A stretch of DNA of 64,000 nucleotides from Amoebophrya sp. A120 (Eukaryota > Protista > Dinoflagellata). A program made the position numbers and the translations under genes. Shown here one piece after another: positions 10,411 to 21,351 of the stretch (position 1 is its first letter; each line of letters opens with the position of its first letter). The stretch covers positions 6,848,358 through 6,912,357 of the forward strand of contig CAJINV010000004.1 in the NCBI GenBank assembly GCA_905178155.1, read 5' to 3'. The notes under the pieces are model-generated. The model had not been told where the DNA came from and made no database searches. It saw only the letters and a program-made list of their open reading frames with translations.

Positions 10411-11167
10411 GTCGTGCTCCTAGCAGGTTGCACTCATAGGGAGATTTGCACATCTTCTACTTTATTCGGTAAATCTATCATCAATTTCAATGTCAGCCAT
10501 CCTGGCGTCGGTCGTTGTACCTCTACTATAATCTCGTTTTCGGTCGGCGTCGGATTTTTTGTCTGTCTCTTGCGGAATAAGTTTGTCTGAGTATGGTCAT
10601 ATCGGTTGTGGTGATGGTGGTTTTCGACGTCGTCGGTCGTGTGACGGAAAATCTAAATCATTTTCGGTCTCATTGTTATTTCGGTTAGGTACAGCGTGCT
10701 TTCGACTAGTTCATCCTTGGGCGTGCTGAAGCTCATTCGGTTGATGAGATTTGTTTGTCTTCTCGGTATTGCAGTCAACAGGACAACCAGCGCGATAGTC
10801 GTCGTACCACGGTGAATCTTCTGGCTCATGCATTTTTGAAGACATTTCTTCACAACGATTTTTGCGTTTGCACGACCAATGTAGAGAAACTACAAAACGC
10901 ACATGTTAAAAATTCATTATCATTACCAACAGGCTCTTAAGTCTAAAACTTTCGAAGACAAAGCAAGAAAGCACTTGAAAGTGCTGGCGCTCGCAAGTGA
11001 GACCCTGTACTAGTTTGAAACTGCACGAGCTTGAACTTTATTTTCCCCTGCTACGGAGGTGCAGGTGCAGCATTTTCATTTCGACACCGAAACTATTGAA
11101 ATAAAGAGAAAATCGAAGTTGTAAGTTTTTCCACCTTTTACTTCACTCGGCTGCGCGAACCCAGAAC

Positions 11168-12116
11168 ATGTTTCGTCCTTCTGCGTCACGACTCGTGGCC
11201 GGTGCTTGTGTGGCGGTCCCGCTGCTTGTCGGAGCCGACTCGTCGTCCCGCAGGGGGAACCTTCGCGGGGGGAAGAAAAACTACAAGCTTGATGCTTCTT
11301 CTGGCTACCAGAGCCACGACCAAGACCAGGAAAACGACGCTGCTTGTGCTTCTTCGATAGGCACTGCCAGCGTCCGCGCTTCTACTTCCACCTTGACGGC
11401 CGCGGCGGCATCTGCTCCTCCTGCGCCGTCGACTTCGCTGCTCTCCGTTGACCACGGTCACGGAAAAAAGCAAGGCCGGCACCACCACCACCGTATGGCT
11501 TGCTCAGCTGGGACAATGATCTCAACTGGTGGAGCAACTTGAATTTGAATTTGTGATGCAAAAAGAAAAACTGGTGGACGATCTGGCTACGGCTACTAGT
11601 AGCCTTATCATGCAGTCTGTACTTAGGATGACAAACACAAAGCCCTAGCACTCCAAACCGCCCTCGGAATCATTCTGCCCACTAGATTTACAATTAGCCA
11701 TGCAGAAGCAGAAATACTTGGAGTAGAGCAAGTGGAAGTGCTTTTTAGGCTCTGCCGCGCCCATTACAAAATTTCTCGTCCTGTGTAAATGGCAATAGCG
11801 CGGCGCGCTATTGCGATTTACGCAGGACGAGAAATTCCGGCCGGTTCCATTGTTCCACGACTCGAGATTTTTGTTCCAGCTTGGCATGGCATAATACACC
11901 GGCGCGCGCTACCTCCGCAACAACCGCTCGTTCCGCAGGGACCGGCGATGCCTCCGCAGCCGCAGCAACATGTTCTTGCCCAGGGACCGTCGGGGTCGTT
12001 GCAGTATGTCCCGCAAGCTGCTGTTGCACCGCAGGACCCCAGCACTGGTCCTGTTGCTCCGCTGCCCGCAGGTGGAGCTGCCCCCTCGGCGCCGACACCT
12101 CAAAAAAAGGGGTTCG
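11168..12116 (+). CDS. Hypothetical low-complexity protein with signal-peptide-like N-terminus; 3' end uncertain
   Basis: MFRPSASRLVAGACVAVPLLVGA...GRHHHHR joins RALPPQQP...KKGF after removing 11494-11896; probable GT donor at 12117. Confidence 0.65.
11494..11896. mobile_element. Introner containing an internal 67-bp palindrome
   Basis: Left tatggcttgctcagctgggacaatgatctc vs reverse complement of right end tattatgccatgccaagctggaacaaaaatctc; direct repeat caccg (11489-11493, 11897-11901); frame restored. Confidence 0.85.
11770..11836. repeat. Near-perfect palindrome (33-bp arms, 1-nt centre)
   Basis: aatttctcgtcctgtgtaaatggcaatagcgcg-g-cgcgctattgcgatttacgcaggacgagaaatt, two mismatches. Confidence 0.9.
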
Positions 12117-13025
12117 GTAAAAAGGCGATGATTCTATGAATTGCAAAAGTCATTTCGACGCACTTACTCTTGTTCTCACCAAAACGAATTGCAGTCATTG
12201 CATGACAGACCTCTCTCTTAAGGCAGATCAGCATTGCATCAACTTTTACATACTCCTCAATTTGAGAAAATTATTCGTGATGCAATTTCTACTAGAAAGC
12301 GCGTCACCGTAGCACTTTTGCAATGCATAGCATGCACAGCTCCAGAAGAGCAACCAGGGTTTCCGAGAAGACATTGACAAGCAACGAGGACCGTGCCCGA
12401 ATTGCCGCTGAGTGTCGATGTTACGAAGAGAGTGAGTGGATCCGAGCCTTCTTGATGGGTTTGTGTTTTTATGTAGAGAAAAGGGTTTATTCTGATTTGG
12501 CTTCTGCTTTGACTTCATTGTGACTTGAAAGAATGAAGGGTCCGGCGTCCTACCGAGTTCGGTTTTCATTTTGACGGAACATGCAATTTTAACATCTTCA
12601 ACGTCCTAGCACTTTCTTAAAAACTTCGCATCTACTTATGGAATTATGATCGACATACCAGTACTGACGCAGCTTCAACAAATAAGTATCATCATCGCAA
12701 ACTTGCAAATACCTAAAATAAAGTAAAAGTTCGTTTTACAATATTTTTTCGCGAATTTAACGCGCGTCCCAAGGTGGAGGACAACCGAAAGTATGAAATT
12801 ACATGATAGGAACATAATCTGCATGGAGATGGACAATGACATAGACGAGCAAAGGCAGAAAAACGCCAGTAAGTTGTCGGTGCTGAGTCACAACAACGAT
12901 GAAAGAACGCGAGAAATATTGCAGGCAAATGGCGCCTTTTATTTGCCTCCCTCAATTTGTTGCGCGACGATCGACCGGAGAACCCGCCGGCTCATGCAGG
13001 CTCATGTTCTAAATAATTTTTCCCA

Positions 13026-13060
13026 ACCTCCATACCAATAGAGTCTATTGGTATGGAGGT
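13026..13060. repeat. Perfect palindrome (17-bp arms, 1-nt centre)
   Basis: acctccataccaataga-g-tctattggtatggaggt. Confidence 0.9.
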
Positions 13061-13988
13061 GAGAAAACTAAATGACTCCATATCAGAATCTCTAGGGGGT
13101 TCGTTTGGAGATGGATCGGAATAACAGGGGCGGGGTGTTCCTGTTCAGGCTGTCCGGGGTGTTGAGGTGGTAAGAGGTGGGGCCGGGGGTTTCGCGACCA
13201 GGAGAAGGAGGACGCGGGGGCAGGTTCGGAGGCGTCCCGTTTCCGTCCGTGTCCGTGCTCGTCTCCTCGGAGTCGGATCCCGTGGCACCCTGAAGCGCGT
13301 CGCCCAGCTTCGAACGAAGGCGAGCCCCAGCGCGCTCGATGCGGCTGGCACGCGCTTCGCATTTGCGCAAAGCCTTGCGCAACTTGTGGCGGGACATTTT
13401 GGGCATCTTGTTAAGGGCTTGGCAGTGTTGAAGGAACACAGGCCACGAAATTCAAAGCAAGCCGAAAGGGGCTGAGAATGTTCAAAATCCTAGGGGGTCA
13501 GCTTCGTGACTTGTGTCCACCAGCTGCCAACGACCTGAGGGAGATGGGAAAAGCCTCAAAGGTTCGGGACCCCGCCAGCTGTAGGGCTGGCCTAAGCATT
13601 TCCATGATGGGGATCAGGTCGGGCATCATCATCATCATCAGCAAGACCCTAAGGATTCCGATCATGAGGCTCCGAAGGCCTAGGCATTGGGATCGATTTA
13701 GGTCGGTGAAGATTCTGAACATTTGCATGCATGAGCAGCTGCATAATGATCTTCGTCAACAGGATTTGAAGATATATTCGGAATATAATTGATCCGGTGA
13801 ATCAGAGTCGACTTTTTTTTCAGACAAAATAAAAGCTGCAATAAATCAACACGCTTTCAACGTAATTGTCGCGAACAAAAGAGAAGAAGAGCAGGGGGCT
13901 TTGCTTCCTTCCGCGCTCTCTGCGCGCAAGAGAGAGTAGCGGAGTTTTCATTTGATGTAGGATTGAGGATCGAGGACAAGGAAAAAAA

Positions 13989-15584
13989 ATGTCTTGTTCT
14001 CTCAGATCTTCGCCGCGTCTCCTCCACGCGATTGCCTTGTTCCTGCAGCTCAATTTTTCCACGGTAGCCGGCACGGGTTTTTTCCTGAAAAGAACGAGGA
14101 AAAACCACAGCAGGGCGGAGAACGGGCAAAAAGTTACAGCCTTCTCATCTCGCACAGCCCGTCCCGAGCCGCCCCCCTTACGCCACGACGCAGATGTCGT
14201 CTTCACAAACAGCCTGACGGACGAAGTCCTCGCGACACTGCCCGTGGAGATCCCGCGGGATTTTTCGCACTTCATGCAGGGACTGATGTTCCGGCACGAG
14301 CTGCGGTCGGCGGAAGGCGCTGCGGTGGAAGAGGAAAAACAACTTGACTCTTCTTCTTCTACTTCAGAAACAGCAGATTTTTCACAAATAACAAATCCTC
14401 GTCCCGGTAAAGACGCGGGGATGATCTTCCAGTGGGAACACGACGATAACAACAACCACGGCGCGCGTGGGTTCTGGATGAAGCAGACTTTCATCGATCT
14501 GGACATTCTGTGGTGCGACTCCAAGAATGATTTGGTCGATTTCAAACAGGCCAAAGCCGACGACTTGAACGCGGTGACGCCGAGTCGAAGCGCGAAATTT
14601 GTCGTGGAGGCCCGGAAGGGATGGGCGGCGGAGAAGCTGTTTGGGAGGATGTTGCGGAGTGGTGGTGGAGAAGATGATAGTAGAAATGATAATCCTATCA
14701 AATGAAGAAGTGTCTGGGTCTGGAAGAATGCAACTTGTGATGCTGCATTTGGATTTCAAAAAAAGCTGTATTGCGTGAGCAGCAAAGGGAATGCGATTTT
14801 TGCTACGCGGGGAGGGCGTTTGTCATGCGGAATAGGCATCAAGATGCCCTTAAAACATCTGCGATGCTAGGGCATGCATCACAGACATCGCGGCTCATGC
14901 AAAACGTGCATCACAAGGCTCAAAATCTTCCAGATCCAGACATTTTTGCATCTGATAAATCCCTCGTTCGACAACATCAAGTGCGCGATTGATTTCAAGA
15001 ACGGGGAGACATCCTTGCTGGGCGGAATGATGCGGCCGCTGGGCGGGATATCAAGTGGAAAAATGTCTGGGTCTGGAAACTTGTGATGCTGGGCGGCTTA
15101 TCATGAGGAGGCCACAAGTGCTGGCTCAGCATGAGAAGTTTCTGAGCTTCTAGGTGTTGCCTATTCTGCATGACAGACTGCCGGGTGGTAGTTAGGACGT
15201 GGACCGGGTCTCCACCTAGGGGTATCGGCAGAGGCTAAATCTGTTCTAACGCCCAGGTATTGGCAGAGGCTAAATCTGTTCTAACGCCCACCCGCCAGGA
15301 GTTAAATAGTACTGCTACTACTTGCATGACAGAAAAGTTGCGCTCTTGGGTAACGTGCATGACAGATTTGAGAGTCATGCCAGACACGCATGACAAACAT
15401 GGACTCTTCCAGACCCAGTCATTTTTACGTTTGATACGGGAATGTAGAACACGACGACCACGATGCCAAAGAAGCAGGAGAAAAACCGCAGCAGTTCTTC
15501 ATCGCCAAAGACGACCTCCCAGCGTTCGGCGCGAGTCGGGAGGATGTGGTGCTGGCGAGGGCGAGGGGGGTGCTGGATTTTTGA
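13989..15584 (+). CDS. DUF192 (COG1430)-like protein with signal-peptide-like N-terminus, two introners
   Basis: Motifs LPVEI..QGLMFR..GMIF..FWMKQTFIDLDILW..FVVE..G match DUF192 as I recall it; exons 13989-14695, 14963-15048, 15442-15584 join in frame to TGA. Confidence 0.8.
14696..14957. mobile_element. Introner family A
   Basis: TIR tatcaaatgaagaagtgtctgggtctggaag / cttccagatccagacatttttgcatctgata; direct repeat aatcc. Confidence 0.93.
15049..15436. mobile_element. Introner family B (family A TIR, different core) with nested SINE-like insertion
   Basis: TIR tatcaagtggaaaaatgtctgggtctggaa / ttccagacccagtcatttttacgtttgata; direct repeat cggga; core matches 50066-50317 in reverse complement. 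Confidence 0.92.
15180..15321 (+). mobile_element. SINE-like element with (TAC)n tail, copy 2, 5'-truncated relative to copy 1
   Basis: gccgggtggtagttagg...ggagttaaatagtactgctactac, near-identical to ~641-785; replaces about 4 nt (gttt) of the family B consensus. Confidence 0.85.
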
Positions 15585-16117
15585 ATACGCTTTTTATCCT
15601 CTCTATGCACTTTTCACGTGCACTTGAAGTTGAAGTTCTTTGACCGCGAAACACCAGGCTGATGCTCCCAAGGCACCTACAGAATCATTTTTTCCCGGTA
15701 CGTTGATGTAAAACGAATTCCAGAATTAATTTTCTTCAGTGGCATGTACTTACGGTAGTGGTGCTGCTGCGACCTAGAAAGATCCGGGAGTGTGTTTGTA
15801 GCCACCTGTGTTTGATGATATCACACAACCGCGTGGCGAGCTGTGTTGCGGTGTACTCGAAGAGACAGTAGTCAGCTCACTCTTTCTGCGTAATAATATC
15901 CGAGTCGTTCTCATACTTATTCATCTCATCTTTCTCGCAACACGTACAGAGAGATCGAATTTCTGCAAGGAAGACGGGCAGTGGTGAGGAGCTGTTGAAC
16001 AGACACATTTGTGAGCGCGTGGAAAAACGCTATAAACAGCTGCGAGGATAGAGGAAGCGCAGGTAAAGATATTGGAAACTAAAGCTCAAGTTAAAAAACA
16101 AAGAACAAACTGTCAGA

Positions 16118-19100
16118 ATGCTGCAACCCTTGCTGCGGGCCGTACAGACCGTCTGCGGTGCCTGTGGCCAGAAAGGCAGCAGCGCCAGTAGGAGCACAGA
16201 CGGGACGACAACCACCGCAGTTTCGCAGAACACCATATTATCGGGTACAGCCGCACCCATACAGAAGGATGAGGAGAGGAAAGAGCAATCACCTGCTGCT
16301 GGACGACCTATTCCACCTTCCGCGGAGGCTGCGCCCGAGTCCGTGGCTCCTGGTAGCGGTGGTGCGGAGCAAGGTTCAGGGGAAGAAGAGCCTCGTGTTG
16401 CTACTCCACCGGCGCCCACTGCTGCTGCTACAGCAACAGAACCACCCTCCGCCTTCCAACTTCACGACCGAGTGAAGATCAAAGACCTCGCAAAAAAACC
16501 GGAATACAACGGAGAAATCGGAAAAGTCATCAAGATCGTGGAAAACGAGGAAAAGGAGAAAATCCGGTACGGGGTCGAAATTTTTGCCAACAAAAAACAG
16601 CTCTCCCTCTTGGCGAAAAATTTGGAGAAACAAGAAGGTGACGGCGCGTTGAAAATAAATGCAGGCACTGGCTCTTCTATTGGGACTAGCAGCAGCAGCA
16701 GCGGTATTGCAGCAGGGAATAAAGCAAGAAGTAAAAAGCAAGATTTCGGTTCGGGGTTTTTGAAGAATCGCAAACGGATTTTTGACGACTATGACAGTGC
16801 ACAACTCCCCCTCCCCCTGATTTGTCATGCAAAGTGGCAAATCCACCCTTTGCCTCTTGGCACTGTTTGCATAGCAAGGTTTGGTAGCCCAAAAAGCACT
16901 ACAATCCAGTGTAGATTTGTCATGCAAAACCGGCATTTTTGCTGATGCTTGTATTGCCGTTCTTCATGCTATACAAATGTTGAGGGGGAGGGGGAGTTGT
17001 GCACTCTCATAACGACAAGACCGATAATAGTACTTCCGCAGGTAGCAATAGAAGCTCCTCCTCCTCCTCGTCCCAGCAACCAGTGTTGAACGATTTCCAC
17101 TCCTTACCAAAAGAAAAACAAGTCCAGATCCTCTTCGACCAAGCGGGCACTTTGTTTCACCAGAACGAGTTCCGTTTAGCCTTAACCGTCTTCCAGCAGG
17201 CCTTTCAGCTGTGTGAGACCGACGAGAAATTGCAGGGCCACGCGTACCGCTACTTAGCGAACTGCAAGGAAAAGATGCGGCTTTCCTCGGATTGCAAGGA
17301 AGCGCTGGAGTATCCAAGAAAAAAACTGTGTAAGTGTAACTTTGTGTTGCAGACGATGCAAGACAATTACACCTGTGATGCTGGACATGCATCAGAGGCT
17401 CTTTTCGTACGTGTTTCCACGTACAAGCCGCGCATGACAGGCTCTCTCTGTCATGCAGAGCAAACTTGTGATGCTATTCCTCCAAGAAAGTTACACTAAC
17501 ACAGTTTTTTTCTTGGATATGGAGGATTTGAAACAAGCTTTGCGCATAGCCCACCTCCACAGCGATTTCGTCGGTACGTTTGACTTATGCATTGCAAATA
17601 TGTCTGGGTCTGGATGAGTGTAGACGTTTGTCATGCACACTTTGCCTACGCCCTACCGGCTGTGATGCATGCCCTAGCATCACAGATTTAGTGAGAGCTT
17701 TCTGATGTTGCCCATACTGCATGAGAAATGCCCTCTACGCGTAGCAAAAACGTGACCGCTTTTCCTTTTGATGCAATACAAATTCTGTGTAGAATCCAAA
17801 GGCAGCATCACAAGTTGGCATCCTTCCGGAGGACCCAGACATATTTGCAATCCATATGACTGCTTGACCGCGTTTGGCTCCTGCTACATGTCGTTGGACG
17901 ACAGAGACGCCGCGGAAATTCACTACCGCCAAGCATTGGAGTTGAGTAAACGGGAGCTGGAGGGGCTAGACTGGCAGTTTGAAGCTAGAGCGCTGGTGAA
18001 TCTAGGTAACATATGCTTGTTGTGATATACTGTGTTTCTCTTTCTTGATGTGTGCATGGCGAATCAATCGGGACTGTTTTCTGTGCATGTCAAACACTTT
18101 CCCCAATAAAAAGCGGTTTATTTCACGCTTTACAGGTATTTCCCTGCGCCGGGATGCCGATGAAAGCGGTGTTTCCGATTACGAACGGTACGAAAACACG
18201 TTGACGCCGATATCAAAATGAGAAATCCCCCCGCCCCATATCGAAACGAACTCTGTGATGCTGGATTTGCGTACGCAAATCAGATTTGTCTTGCTGGAGA
18301 GGACTGCAGGCCCATATCAAGCCTGAGTAGCGAGGTTCTGGCCTAGGCGCGCAGCATGAGAAACGTCTGCGCTGTAGACCCAACAGTATCACAAACCGCC
18401 GACATAATGCGGCGGAGCCTGTGGAGTTGCCTTCTTGCAGGACAGGGATGAATTGTGGTCGCAAATCAGCATTGCAAATTTTCTGCGACGTACCTCTTCG
18501 ATATGGGGAGGGGGGATTTTTCCTCGCGATAGCCGACGGAACTCTATTTCAGCCAGGCGGTCGAGATTTGGGAAGCGAAGGGGCACGAATTGTTCCAACA
18601 AGTAGCTCGTGGGGGAAGTACTACGGAGAATAGTAACTACGCAGCGGGTGGTCACGCAGCTGTCGCTACTAGGAGAACAAGTGAGATAAGCCAAGAGGCG
18701 GATAGGGGACCAACAACACCCGATATCGCTCCGGCTACAACTGTCGCTACGAGTATCAACTCCTACATCGTTCTCCTCACAAACTTCGCATCTACTCACC
18801 TCGGCCGGGCGAGTTACGAGGACGAAAAGGAACAACCGGATGAGGCGAAGCTGCTGCACCATTTGCAAAAGGCGAAGCAGTTACTCAGCACCGGGCTGAC
18901 GTATTGTGAGCAGCAAAACAACCTGCGGCTGGCAAAGGTGATCAAGTTGAACTTGAACAACAACCGGGAACTTTTTGCCAAATTGGAGGCGTGGGAGGAA
19001 GGGCAAGGAGAAGCAGCGGCGGTGGCGGTGGAAGCTTTGTCTTCTTCTTCTTCATCAGCCGATGTTGGGGAAGTTCCACGAGGTGGCGCTGCAAGTATGC

Positions 19101-19126
19101 AACCAAACAACGGAAGTTACTACTGA
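16118..19126 (+). CDS. TPR-repeat protein with an N-terminal SH3/KOW-like module; four introners and one GT-AG intron (18006-18135)
   Basis: RVKIKDLAKKPEYNGEIG..RYGVE..LSLLAKNL; TPR-like helices AGTLFHQNEFRLALTVFQQAFQL, FGSCYMSLDDRDAAEIHYRQALEL, ARALVNLG; all five junctions keep the frame. Confidence 0.82.
16790..17011. mobile_element. Introner
   Basis: TIR tatgacagtgcacaactccccctccccct / agggggagggggagttgtgcactctcata; direct repeat acgac. Confidence 0.93.
17311..17519. mobile_element. Introner
   Basis: ~33-bp TIR beginning tatccaagaaaaaaactgtgtaagtgtaacttt, mirrored at the right end (...tcttggata); direct repeat tggag. Confidence 0.93.
17586..17856. mobile_element. Introner family A (same orientation as 453-898)
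   Basis: TIR tatgcattgcaaatatgtctgggtc / gacccagacatatttgcaatccata; direct repeat tgact. Confidence 0.92.
18211..18531. mobile_element. Introner
   Basis: TIR tatcaaaatgagaaatccccccgccccatatcgaa / ttcgatatggggaggggggatttttcctcgcgata; direct repeat gccga; join LTP-TELYF. Confidence 0.9.
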
Positions 19127-21351
19127 AGCGGTAGACACACGACAAGAGGTGGATACCAGCACCGTGCTTGTATCTGGTTCGAGGAAAAAATATGCGACGT
19201 ATTTTTTACCTGTTTCACACGACCGGAAAATGCATTTTTCGACGGATTTGCAATTTGAGTTTATCACGACGTCAAAGCGGAGTTTTTTTAGTATTTTGAA
19301 CCTAATAAAAGTTGTAGTTAGGTCATCAGCTGTCCAACCAAAGCATTGTCTGTTGCACTTGCATCGAAAGCGAAAGGGAAATCTGTACTTTTTCACACGA
19401 CGATGGGCCGGTAACAGAAACCGAAGCAGTTACTATCTTCCCGAAGAAGTAGAAGTAGAACAACGGCTGTTTTGGTTTTCATCGTCTCACCTTTTAACGA
19501 CGACATTTCTAGTTGCGACACTGCCGGAAAAAGTATTCCCAGAAAGTTTTTTCTATTTGACACAATGCACTCTTACTCACAGTATTCTTGTAATTTATCG
19601 ATTTCTTGTAATGGTCGTGCACCAGATATATTATAAATATATGCTGCTCGACTTGTTTTGGCTGTTCTGCAACGCTGCAAGGCATCTGGCAGTACCGGAT
19701 GCTAGCTATGGTAGGATCTTCCTCTTGGGAGCTGCAGCGGGAAGAGATAGAGATTTCGGAAAAGCAACTGTAGAACTTATTTCATGGCGCGACGACGAGA
19801 GCCAGAACAACGGGGAGCACGACCGAGGCACTATCAGTGTCGCAGCTGTTTGACGACTTAATAAAGTTGCAACTCCAAGAGCGACTACCTAGCTTTTCTT
19901 TGTCAAAAATGAGAAAATTGCGTTGCACTTCTAATAGCCGAGGCTCGTGCAGTTAGTTTGGCGAAAAATACGCAACAGGCGGAGACGATGGGAAATACGA
20001 TTCGGAGGCTTCTGGTGTATGCCAAAACTCCCTAGAGGTTTTGTGTACTACCCTCCCAGGTGGTCTCAGATAGAGAAATGATCATCATCCATTGTGCTCA
20101 TAAATGATTTTTCTGTTCAACGATCATATCGTCCCTGCACTCGCTGACCAAGCCTCAAAATCGATTCTGCAGCATGCAGGGCAATGGACCTCATTTCTGT
20201 AGTGGCTTGCATTTGCTATACTGAGAAGTGTTACTGAATTGCAACTGGCTGCGAACCTGGCAGTGCGATTCCATCAGAGCAAAGCTCTTGATGATGTTGC
20301 AGTACCGGCTGGCAGCTCATCTTTTCGAAAAAATGCCGCTTGAGACAATAGAGAAATGGCACTACTACGAGGCTTTTAACACAGTAGATGCAAATCGAAA
20401 TAAATTCATCGTGTTTCACCGACTACATGAACGAACCATTTCGACTCATTAGTGCTTGATGGTGTAATCGCCTGCTCCTTGTCGCAGACAAAACTCAAAT
20501 TGAAATCGTTCTCATATAAAAATCTAATCGTGATTTGATAGTCGTTTTGTCAGATCGCTGCCCGTCGTGGCATCGTCTCACTGCTGTTGGTGATGCGCTT
20601 TATTTCCTCGTTTGATAAAAATTCGTTTTTCATCGCTTCAGGCACGGGAAGTTGTAGTCGCGGTAATATGGTGACCATTTTTTCAGTAGATAGATATAGC
20701 CCTAGATGATTCTATGGAACTGCCTTTGAACGGCAATGTTTCTGGTTGAGTGTATGATGACTGGCACTTGGGAGTTTTTCTGTCAACACATGTTGTGCTC
20801 CTGATGATTATCAATCACAAAGGCACCACGTTGCTATCATATCCCAGTTTCATGAGTTGCAAAAGAATATTTTTTTAGATAACTAACAGCATTTTCGACC
20901 GGTTTCAGTTTCACACGACTACGTTATACATAATTCTGCGACCAGTTTTAATCTTTAGACAGGAGTTTTGCACAGTGGAACGCACAGCACGGATGGACAG
21001 TTTTCTGCCAAACCCGAGAGAAGGTTTTCGCGCGGGCAAGTTTATCGACGTCTCTGAAAGCCTTACAATCTCGTAATCCCTGGTGGAGGTCCGAAGGACA
21101 GGAATAAAAGCGGAAGAGCGCATCGGGGACGAGCAGTTTCCTGAACGAGGTCCACATCGTGCCGCATGCAGTATCGCCTCTTGTTCCCCGGAAATGGTTT
21201 CTTGGTACTACATTGTTTCGAGTAAAACAAGTTCGTAAAATATCGGCGCGACAACTACTATATCGACAGGCAGAGCAGTATCACCCCTTTATTATTACCT
21301 ACTAGCCAGTGACTGCTCCTTCTGTGGTGCGACGACCTGGAGATTTACCCT

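Noticed and set aside
10411-11160. 5' end, TSD or ORF1 of the LINE
   Set aside because: I could not find a copy of the 3' flank (...tgaatgaacaag), and the small ORFs here show no gag-like motifs.
15167-15333. Apparent 11-bp TSD tgcatgacaga around the second SINE-like copy
   Set aside because: Uninterrupted family B copies (50066, 51231) natively contain two similar motifs at this spacing, so it is not a duplication.
453-18536. Model of introners as TA- or AT-duplicating (mariner-like) insertions into TATA
   Set aside because: TAT/ATA belong to the element. The flanking 5-mers are duplicated, and keeping TATA at 18211-18531 would create an in-frame TAG.
18975-19853. 292-aa ORF overlapping the TPR gene end
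   Set aside because: Out of frame with the TPR gene, no ATG start, UTR-like composition.
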